Positions 13,283-24,190 of a stretch of 64,000 bases of DNA are shown one piece after another (within the stretch, counting starts at the first letter, position 1; every line of letters starts with the position of its first letter). The stretch is taken from contig NW_026250411.1 of the NCBI RefSeq assembly GCF_024521635.1, positions 992,001 through 1,056,000 of the forward strand. Reading direction: 5' to 3'. Origin of the DNA: Tricharina praecox. Taxonomy: Eukaryota. The notes under the pieces are model-generated. The model did no database searches. It saw only the letters and a list, made by a program, of their open reading frames with translations, and was not told the DNA's origin. A program made the position numbers and the translations under genes.

Positions 13283-16200
13283 TTACGTCCGTCCATCAGA
13301 TGTAGTTACATAGACCGCAATATACGGTAACCACTACAGTAGTATGATACGCGTGGGCGATGGAGATGAAGGCGGCGCATCTGGAGTAACCACTCTAACC
13401 ACTCTATACTCTACTAGCATCTACCGGCAAACTGCGGCTTCATCATTCATGGCAAACCAGTGCTGTCTGTTCGGTAATTAGAGTGTGTAACCGTACATAT
13501 GTCTGTGTATGAACGATCACCCCCCTCCCCCGCGCCCGGATAGAGTAAGCACACAACGGCCGGCCTGGTTTATTCTTGTTCTTGTTCTTTCTTGCCAGCA
13601 GCCAGATCAACGTTGGATCTGCACAGAGTACCTACTCTACCGGTACTATATAGAGTAGTAACTAAGCCCAAAGTATGGTACCCATTCCCTCCCATACGAT
13701 GTACGATGCGTGGAGTACTTTATGCTGCTGTGGGAGCGGATAACTACTAGTACATGAGTCCAACATCCATCATTTGAAGGGGGCGTTGTCTATCATCGGT
13801 ATGATACCGTAAGTGCCTACTCTACACCAACCTACCTAGAATACCTGCATACATACATAACACTAGATCGTTCTCCAACGTTCCGCTATCCACGGTCCCT
13901 CCACCAGGCCCCGCCAGGCCAGGCCGGGCCGGACCAGGTCAGGGCCAGGGCCAGGTGTGGCACTGTAGAAGGGACTCTACTCTCTATCATAGCACTCCCC
14001 TCCGGCCCTCTTCCTGACCCTTTCTTAAGTCTTGACCGTGACGGACTCGGAGCAGCCAGCTGCCAGCCATGCACAGCAGCTATCTACCTGGCTAACTGGC
14101 TAAGTAGAGCACCTCACCTGCTACATCGGACGTGAGTCCTGGCCCCACGCTGCTGCGTCGCTGCCCCCCGACCCCTCCCCCCTCTCGCGAACTGACTGGC
14201 CACAGAACAGCCAGCCCTCCGGGATTCCTCTGGGATTCGCGTGGTGCGTGGTGCGTGGTGTGTGGTCCGTCCGTCTGTCACGTCAAAACCGCTCGATCTT
14301 TCCCTTTCCCCCCCACCCCCCATCCCTACAATTGACAAACGTCAGGCGTAAACGGGTTAGAGTAGAAGGAGGTATCTAAGATGGTTCCGCGCTGGAGTTG
14401 CTGGGCGTAAATTGGTACATCGTTAGTTAGCTGGGCGCTCCAGTGGAGACCTTGGTTACCTGCCTAGCATGTGTAACAGTTGTGGAGTGCTCGCTCGCCA
14501 CCGGTTAGTTGTGTATCTAGACTCCATGGAGAGCAGCTGGAGCAGGAGTGTAGATATGCGGCATGCCAAAACCCTCGATCGGTGCCCACGCCAAGAGATC
14601 GTTCGGAACGCCTCTCGGTTCTTCCTGCCTCTGAGATTCTGCACTCGAGTAGAGTGCTAACCACATCGATCCGACCGGCTCCCTGTTTGGAACGTCTGCC
14701 CGTCATGCTGCCCGTGGGGCTTGATATCGGCCCATCTCTGCCGACCGGTGTCGTTTTCGTCGTCAGTCGTCGTCGTCGTCGACGCTGTCCTACATGGAGT
14801 ACCGATATGTATCCAACAGGCCTTCTTTACTTCTTTACTTCCTTTCTTCTTTTACTTCTTTCCTTCCACTTCCTTCCTTCCTTACCTCCGTACCTCCGTA
14901 CTTCCTTCTCTCCTTCCACTCCATCGCGCATCCAACGAGAACAGAAGAAGAAGGAAAAACTCGTTGCGGACTTACGGTGTCGATGGAAAAGTTCTGCTTC
15001 TCCGCCTGGATCGCCTATGTGCCAATGAGCAACTCCCCAGCCAGCAACAGCGGCGGCGGCGGCTGTGGCATACGTAAGCACGTATGTGTGTCTATATATG
15101 CACATATCTGCCGTATGTGCTAAACTCTTCATACGCATCGTCGCATCGTCGCATTCTAGACTGTGAGTCTGTGTCTGTCTGCCCCACTCGAGACGAGAAA
15201 ACATCATCAGCAGCAGCCACGAGGAAAAAAATAGCAGTGCGTCGCGGGATGCGATACGCTCTTCGTCTCGTTCTTCAATTCTGCTGTGGGTGTTGTGGGT
15301 GTTGTGTCTCACCCGTGCATAACATAACTATCCCTGGCTCAAGAATCAAGATGCATGCTGGCATAAGATGCTGCCCGCTGGCGTAGATGAGTGGTGGTGA
15401 GCACTGCGAGTCTGCGAGGAAGGGGAGGGAAGTCGGTCTCGTCTCGGGTGTTTCCCTCTTCCTTTGAGTCTGGTCCGTGGTTGGGCTGGTTGGCGAGCTG
15501 CGAGCTGGTGCTACGAGCTGAGTGCTGAGCGCTGAGCACCGAGTGCTATCTAGTGGCCCCGCCGGCACCATGGAGTCGTCGACGGGAAGCCGTTCGAACT
15601 TCGCCGTTTGGTGATCCTCATTCCTTCTGGGTATTCCTTCAATTCCCAATTCCCCATACATATACATAAACATGTAAGTACTGCCTGCCTGCCTGCCCAG
15701 CGCCTGCCAGTCACTCGTATATTCTTCTAGTTACATACATCCTACATAGTCCTCATGTATGTACTCTACTTACATCTTATGTACGCAACGCACGCAGCCT
15801 CGACCGCCGCCGCTGCATGCGCTCAGACGAGCAGCCACAATTCGCAATCCACAATCCACAATCAACTGCGACGGCTGGATATGTAGCCGCCCAGCTTCCG
15901 CACCTTCCTTCCCCCGCGCACGCAGACATATTATACACCTCCAACTAGGCAGTTACCCAACTTCCCATCCCAACTACGGTACTCCTTACCCGTGATTTGG
16001 ATCCCCAAGTTGTACTGTATGTATGTGCATACATACCCCATGAACCCGTCGACATGGGACGGATCTACATGCTCACCCAGCTTCGAACGGCAGAAGAGAG
16101 GGAGGATTGACATCCCGACCCCACAAGATTGCTTACTCCCCCCTCCCCTCCTTCTCTTTCCACACCACGAAGGGCAAGGAAAGGGGGTAGAGTAGAGTAG

Positions 16201-18232
16201 AGTAGAGTAAGTATCGGAGCCTGAAGCAGGATAGGATAGTTATGTAGGTAGAGTAGCTACCTGGGTAGTTAGGGTCAAAAAGCAAATCGACGATGCGTCT
16301 TTCACCGATTGCTGCTGCTGCTGGTGGTGGTGGTGCTCCTGGTGGTGTTGCTGTAGCTGTTGCGTGCCGTCCGCTCACTTTTTTTCGGGCATATACGGTT
16401 GGTACGGTCTCTGGGCTAGCGAAAAAAACATGTGGCGCATCTGGATTCTGGATTCTCACAACCATCCATCTGGCTTCCTCTGCTCTTCTCGGCGCTGCTC
16501 TGCTCGGATCTTCCAATGGCGGAAAGATCAGGGCCTTAACTTATATGGTAACTTAACTTATATGGGTACTCTACTCTACTCTACTCTATCCGCCTTGGTT
16601 CTAGACGCCTCCGCGAGAGGAGAGGAGAGGGATTGTCCGCTGTTTTATCTTGTCTCGTCTCGACCGACCGGGTCCTTTAGATACATATTTGGTCTCGGTG
16701 TTAACTTGGGGTCTCAGTCGCTACTGGTAGGGTAGAGTTGGACTGCGCTGGACTGGACTGGACCGGACCGGTTGGTGACCGACCCCCCCCCCCCCCCAGG
16801 TGCCATACCTCGATACCGGTAATTGCTTCTTTCCCCGCATAAAAGTTATTAGTTATGTATCCAGATATGTAAGTACCAAGTACCAATCTATGTCTCTGTC
16901 CGCTGGATTCCCGCTGGGTTCCCGCTGGGTTCCCGACTTTCGATGGATATAACTAGAGCAGTAGTAGTGCTGGAGCGGACTCCGATCGAGAGAGAGAGAG
17001 CTCGAAGCGTGGAACAGAGCTTGGAACAGAGCTAGGCACTACATAGAAGTTGGCTTCTCCTTTCGTTCAGCTGGCAACCATCGCCCCAATTCGTGCCCGA
17101 TCTATAGCACTGCATAGCAAGCTTGCGCTCGGCCTTGTCCGTAAACTGTCCGTCGTCTCGCCGGTGGTCTCATCCGACGACGACGACGACGACGACGACG
17201 AAGTGAAGCTGTGAGCGCAGGACAGGAGAGCGGCGCGGGATCGTGGTGGGCTGGCGGGTAGTCCGTCCGTCGTAGATGTCGAATTCTGAGGTGTAAACAC
17301 GGAGTTGAGCTGTGGGAAGTACTCTATCATGGTCTGTATATAAAGAGGACTGTGTATGAAGGAAGTGACGGATGGGAGAAACAAAAGAAACTAAAGAATC
17401 AACAGAAACAAAAGAAACATAAGAAAGCTGTGAGCGCCAGGATAGGCAGTTCCCGGGCGGTTTATGTACGATTATTATTATTATCTCGCAGGCCGGGATA
17501 GGGAGATCTTACCCAGGCTTGGGTGGAAGTGCCTTGCTATGTATGCTATGGGTGTATGTATGTGTGATATGTATGTGTGATATGTATGTGTGTACTCCAG
17601 AGCACCCAAGTGGTTACATACTCGCTCCAGTTCAGTGGACTACCCAGCAGAGCATAGCTGCCGTTCATCTCGTCGGCTCGCTCTGGAAGTGTCTTGGATC
17701 TCGGTGGCACCGTGAAAAGAACCCGATGGCAAAGGGTGTGGAGGGGCATTGTGGCCCATGGACGCTGCATAGGCGTTAGGGGCAAAAAAAACCAATCTGC
17801 TCCCACCAGCATCACCATCTCGATCCCTTTTTCCCGGGTACTACTCTACCCCTCGGCCGCCGCCACCCCTTCTACCCCTCTCTAGAGTACCCACACAATC
17901 TACTCCATGTATCTCTGCATATGTAGGCCGGCTCTCTATTCTTTTCCCAGCAGTTAGCGGGCCACACGAACGAACGAGCGAACGAACCAACGAACGAAAA
18001 AACCAACGAACCACGACGCAGGCGATTGCTCCTATCCTCCCTCACACCTTACTCCAAACCCGCCCGCCACGCCCTCCTCCTCCTCTTCTTCGGCCACTCA
18101 AAACCCTTTCGTGTCCGTGTCACATTGTTGCGGACCTAGCTGCTCCTAACTAAGGACGAGTACTCCCACCACCTACGTAGACAGAAGTGTGCCCTTCGCG
18201 ACATCGGCATTCACCCAGCCGCCGCCGCCCCG

Positions 18233-18234
18233 AA

Positions 18235-18270
<36 letters not shown>

Positions 18271-18272
18271 AA
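18233..18272. repeat. (GAAA)n microsatellite
   Basis: Read directly; lies within the putative nsdD leader. Confidence 0.9.
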
Positions 18273-19879
18273 AAACGCCTCCTTTGCCCTCAGCTTCTTT
18301 CTTCTCTCTTCCTCTTCGTCTTTGCCCTTGGCTTGCTCGTGCCTGTCTGCACTGCGCTGCCCGTCTCCTTCGTGTCTGCTGTTGCGTGTCGCGAGTCTCG
18401 ACACCGACGTCCGGTCAGTGCGGAATAAAAAAGACTTGGCTCTTCGTAACGTGTACCTACTATACTTCGAGTCTATAGTTACCGCCGTCGGTGGAGGGCA
18501 ACGGACGATTGCCGTGTTTGTCTGGCTGCGGCCAGCCTGTCTGTCTGTCTGTCCGTCTGCCTGCCGTCTGGCTGACTGGCTCCCTCGCTGGCTGGCTCGC
18601 TGGGATCTGGGGTGGGTTGTGTGAGCTTGCTGGGTATTATTGCAGACCGCCACATTCTTTTCCTGCGATCCGATCCATTTCATCCACATCGTCCACCAAT
18701 CTCCCGAGTTATCTGAACCCGTCGCCCGGGAACCTAGCAAGCAAGCAAGCAAGCAAGCAAAAGCAGGCAAGCAGAGCAAAGCCACGCAGAGCAGAGCAAC
18801 CAAGCAAGCAGCGAAGGAACCTTGACGGGCTGTGTGTGTGTGCTCACCTTTTTTGTCGAATCGGGCCTTCACGCACCCCTCCTGATCGATCCCATTCTCA
18901 ACTCAACCTCTCTCTTGCCTGCTCCTCCCCCCCTCCCCCTCCCTCTCCCGTCTCCGCTCAGCACACCCAAAACTGCCTGCCTCTGCTTTTCCCGCTCCTG
19001 GGCCCACCGTACCGCTCTCCGCTACTTACTCGATTATCGATATCTCTCCTGCGGCTCCCTAACACCCCCCATCCCCCCCCCCCCCCACCACCTCCCGCAT
19101 TTCCTAATTCACTACCCGTCCGCTGCCAGCCTCGCCACTCCTTCTCACTCGCGGCAGTCGTCCACTGCCATTATTCCTTGTTTTTTTTTGGGCGCAGTTC
19201 GTGGCCTGCGGCATCCGAAACTAAGAAGCTCCCGGAAAGGATACCGAGTCGGCGCGTCGACACACCGTGGACAAGATCTGTCCACGATCCTGGACTTAAG
19301 CGGCCGTCAGCATATCGATCCACCCATACACACCTGTCTAGTCAACCGAGAGTGATAACTCTCCCTCCCCTCCCACTCCCACCATCACCTACCACCATCC
19401 CGGAGTGCTTTGGCATTGCCGCCCCCGTCCAGTACATAGATAGTCTCCACCCTCCCGCGCGAAGTGACGGTGTTGTTTTTTTCCCTTGCCGCCCTACCAT
19501 CGCTAGGACGACATAGATTCGGTAGCTACACCACCACACCACCCAAGGTTCACCTCAACGTCAACGATAGCTTCCATCCCCGAGGACCTTGCCCACCGGA
19601 AAGACTCGCTGTGCCCCCCCCCATTCAACTCGACAATCGAAAAGAAAAAAAAAGTCTGCGCATTGTTTGCACCAGCTTGCAACAGCTTGCAACAACAATA
19701 ACGCCACGCACCACCACCACCACCACCACCAAGAAGGATCAGGATCAGGGTCAGGACCCCAGGACGTCCTCTTCTTGCACAATAGAAAAACGGAATCACA
19801 CCGCACGAAAACGATAAAATCCTTCACCATAACTTCTTTTACGAAACCACCGTCACCTCCTTTGTCTCCCGCCCCAGGC

Positions 19880-21927
19880 ATGGAGTCATCGGAAATCCGA
19901 AGGCAGAGGTACGTTTATCGCAACCCCCCACACACATATGATTGATCTTTCCTTCCCGCCCCCGCATGAGGAGGAGGTATGGAGGAGGAAGTAGAGAGGA
20001 AGAGGTGGTGAAGGAAGAGGAGTAGGAGTAGGAGGAAGAGGGGTCTCAACTCACCTCGGATGCGCTTGAGCTTGAGTATGATAGGGTCTCGGACCAGGCT
20101 AATTCCTTTCTTGTAGCGAAGCCTTGCCATCCATCAACTATGCAGAGTACGAACGTGCCGCAAGGGATGGAGCTCAATATCATCAGCGGCATGCTTCGAA
20201 CCCTCGGCCAAGCTTGTCCGCCGCCTCTCCCATAAGCCCGACAACGATGTTTGGGCCTTTACCCCTCCAGAGCTATCCGCAGCAGCCGACAAATGGCATC
20301 CACACGCCCCCCGAATCACGTAGGACCTCCGATGACGTGCCACCACCGCCACCGCCGCCACCGAGTAGACAGTCCCTTCCGTCTCTACATGAAGCGCTCT
20401 ACGAGAAAGGAGGATCGTTTTCGGCGCCACAGACACCGCCCATTGGATCCGGGTCCTTCTCTATTCCGCAGCCTCGGACGAACTCGATATCAAACTCGAT
20501 GTCTCGAGGCGGGCCTTCGGAACCTGGGCTGCAATCGCATCCCCCTAGCCAGCCACTGACACCTCATGGTTACGTTCCTGCTTCGCAGCCTTCTGCTCAT
20601 GCTCCCCAGATTCCTCCCCCGCCAATGCCCACACATAGCCACGAACCGCCGTACGGCCGCCACGACAGCCAAAGCAATGGTCGCTCGCTGCCACCAAACC
20701 CATACTCGCAAGCGCAGCCCCCTCCTCCTACCATGCCGCCGATGCATCCTTCGGAGTCGTACCAACCACCACCGCCGCCGCCGCAGTCGCAATCAGCCCC
20801 GCCGCACCACTCGCAGTCGCCGCCTTATCAGTCGCATCCGCATTACCAACATGCTCCTCCTCCCAGCCAGGCGCCGCCATCACATTACCAGCCTTCAGCT
20901 CCATTCGGCAATGGCTCCGCTCCACCACCGCCGCCACAGCAGTCGACACAATACCCGCCATACTCACAAGCGTCGCATCACCACCATCACCATCACCATC
21001 AACAACAACACCCAGCGCCAGCGCCGCCTTCAGCTCCTCAACCGCAAAATCAGCCTCCATATCAGCCGCAGCACGCTCAACAGCAGCCGCAACCGCAACC
21101 GCAACAGTCTGGATATCCGTTTCCGCCACCCCAGACGGAGGCACCAAAAGGCATCAAACGTCCGAGCGGATATGGCAGCGCTATCGAGAGGGCACTTTCG
21201 ATATCCACATTAAGACGCGACATGGAAGCGGTATGCACACCTTGACATCGGATATTATCCGAACATGGCCGCTGACACTTTCCGACAGATTAAAGAACAT
21301 GCGGCGCGGATATATCATATCGTTGACCAGTACCAGATGCTAAGCGCTGGAGGGCAACAACCATACCCTGGCGGGCTGCACGCATCGCTGAGCGAGTTCA
21401 ACGAAGCGCTACAGCGCTCGCACAGAACTACGGAGGCTCTCAACAATTGCCATCAGGTTTTCCAGGATCTCTCCAACAGGGAAGTTGCGGAGCAGAACAA
21501 CCACAAGATGAGCGTCGTTCATACGTCAGAGTATGGCACGGATGATGGGCAAGCTTATCAGGATGATAATCGGTCAAACGGGTCGCAACAACCGGAGAAG
21601 AAGATGAGGCGAGGCGTAAGTGGTCAGATTTACCCGTTATCACATTTTTCGGCTAACCCTTTTGAATAGCGAGCTGCTCCTCCCGGTCGTTGTCACAGTT
21701 GCCACAGAGCGGAGACTCCGGAATGGCGGCGAGGCCCTGATGGTGCCCGAACATTGTGCAATGCTTGTGGATTGCGTACGTATTCCTGTATATCTCGAAT
21801 ATTTGGGCCCACAAACTAACGAATCTGCCATCGTACAGACTACGCCAAGCTTACGCGAAAGCTCAGTAAAAACCCGGCCGGGCCTGGAGCCCTGGCAGCC
21901 CGCAAACCGAATTCACCTCTTCCATGA
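19880..21927 (+). CDS. nsdD: GATA zinc-finger developmental transcription factor, NsdD/SUB-1/Pro44/Ltf1 ortholog
   Basis: Exons 19880-19908, 20117-21230, 21289-21615, 21670-21776 and 21839-21927. C-terminal C-X2-C-X18-C-X2-C finger [43 protein letters not shown]. Long Pro/Gln/His-rich region containing TPPESRR and [11 protein letters not shown]. Confidence 0.93.
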
Positions 21928-24029
21928 TGACACGGCTTGCGCATCATTTGACGAACGAAGAGAAATTTGCTTGGGGTTTTGGATTCTCTCCCCAGCTCGC
22001 CAGGTGCTGCACTTGGGGAATCTACTTGCTTGTTCATTCATTCATCATGGGGTTTTCTTTCGGAGTGGGGTTAGGGGATGGGGCGTTTTTCATGATTATG
22101 GTCAATCTTCTTTTTTATTTCCCTTTTTTTATTTATCCGAGCGTGTTCTACTACTGTCTGCAGTTAAAAGGTTGTGGTTTTTTCCCCGTACATTTCTGCC
22201 TTTATTTCATCCAGGAGTTGACAGCATCGTTCTGCTTATTCGCTTTTGGGGTCTCAACTTTTTTTTCCAACCATTTTTTTTCTCGTTAGCTTATAGCGTG
22301 GATTATGTGCACCTTCGCTATTCTACTCATCACCGTTACAACATTGATTGCTGCGTCTCTTCTCTTCTCTTCTTTCTTTCTTCTTTTTCTATTTTCTATT
22401 TTCATTTTCAAAAGAGGGTTTCTTTTTGGATTTCTGATTTTTTTTATATCATACTTCGAATTGGGTACTGTTGCAGTTTTTCCCACTTTTCACTTTCTTT
22501 CTTTTCACTCTTTCTTTTCTTTTCCCTCATCTTTCTTTCTTTCTTTCTTCTTTCTTTTTTTGATTACTTTTCTGGGCTCGGGTTTACCTGCATGCATGCG
22601 TGTGGTCATGGCGGATTCATTGAGCTTTTTCTCTGTTCTTTCGATTCTTTCGATTCTTTCTTTTTGGTGTGGGTATGTTTTCTTTCTTTCTTCACGGGGT
22701 TTTGAGGATTGGGATTGGGATGGGGGTGGGATGGGGATGGGATGGGATTGGATGGGGGTGGGGCATTGTTGCAGCAGGAGGTGGGAGGAGGTGTTTTCTA
22801 CCACTGGAAGAGTCGGGGTACTCGGGGTTTTCATAGGTATAAAAATCCTCATTTTTTTCTCTTGAGATTTGATCTTCTTGAGAGTTGAGCTTCTTGAGCT
22901 GGTACTATAAGGTGAGGGTGGGGAGTGCATTTTATCAAAAGTGATGGGGGCCTGGGGTTTATGGGGTTCTTTTATTTCCTTCATTTTCTTCCCTTCCTTC
23001 TTTTTTTTTCATTTTCTTCATTTTCTTTTGATACTCGCAGTTCGAGTGGCCGTCCGGCGTCTATACTAGGTATACTGTACTACTTAGGTATGAAAAGAAC
23101 TCGATACGAGAACTGTGGTCTATGGCTACTGGTCACGAGTGCTTCTTCCTTGGGTACATACGGTAGTTACCGGGGATATTCGATTCGATACTTATGGCAA
23201 AATTATGCCTTCCTTCTTCTTTGGACTTTACCGGGGAATCAATTTCAATATCGATCTCAAAACGGAGATTGGGGGGGGGATAAGGATTGGAATTACGCCT
23301 ACCGTCAAGGGCCCACCGTCAGGGAAGTCAGGAGGAAAGGGAAGGGCATACCTACTCTACCGTCAGGGAAGGAGAGAAGTGTAGGAAGGCCCAAGTGACC
23401 AAGTAACCAACTTCCAAGTGACCAAGTGAAAGAAGTGAAGGGAAGGGGAGGGAAAGAAGGGTCCGTGTGCGATCATCTACGATCTGGATCTGAGATGTAA
23501 GTGATCCGATGCCCGGCAGCCGCGATTAGTGCCGCGATGGGGCTGGGGCTGGGCCGCTGCTGGGGTATGGTGGGTATGTGTACCTACTCTACCTAGCATA
23601 AATGTAGTTGCGTCCTGCCAGACGAACATGGACGGGTTAGGACGGGAGAAGGGAAGGAGGGAGGAGGGGAAGGGTTCGAGATCGAGTTGGAGTTGGCTAG
23701 ACGTAAGGGACGGTTCGTAGATGTGGTCTGTGGTCTGTGGCAGTAGCAGCAGCAGTGCGAAGACAAAGACGAGATCATCGGTTCCAGCCAGCTGGCGGAT
23801 TTCGTTCTCTACGGGATGCTCGCGGGGAGGCTAGAGCATGTACTTACTCTACATAGGGCTCGGCCACGCTTGTATCGTATCGTATCGTATCGTATTGTGG
23901 ATCGTCTGCTACTGCTACTGCTGGATGCCTAGTTTGTAACTTGGCAGTTGGTATGTAGACGAACCAACATAACCAACGCAACCCACATACAAAAGTTCCC
24001 AAAAGCACCCACCGAGCTGAGCTCCCCAT

Positions 24030-24190
24030 CTGAGCTGAACTGGGTTGAATAGAATTGAGCTGGACAGAGCTGAACAGAACAGAACAGAACAGATTCGAAT
24101 TGAGCTAAACAGGACAGAACAGGACAGAACAGTGCTGAGCTGAATACATAGAGCTGGACAGATCAGACGAGCTCAGAACCGAACAGAACC
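24030..24190. repeat. Mosaic pentanucleotide repeat region (GAGCT/GAACA/GGACA)
   Basis: Read directly; degenerate. Confidence 0.75.

Noticed and set aside
5693..13330. Repeat-peptide ORFs (MHLC, VHTQ, SFVR/MTER, SQVPKFP) and CRISPR-like periodicity
   Set aside because: These are translations of perfect tandem repeats with no unique spacers, in a eukaryotic context with no cas genes.
21620..22984. Long Phe-rich and Lys-rich ORFs after nsdD
   Set aside because: Products of a T-rich low-complexity 3' region that lacks stops by composition.
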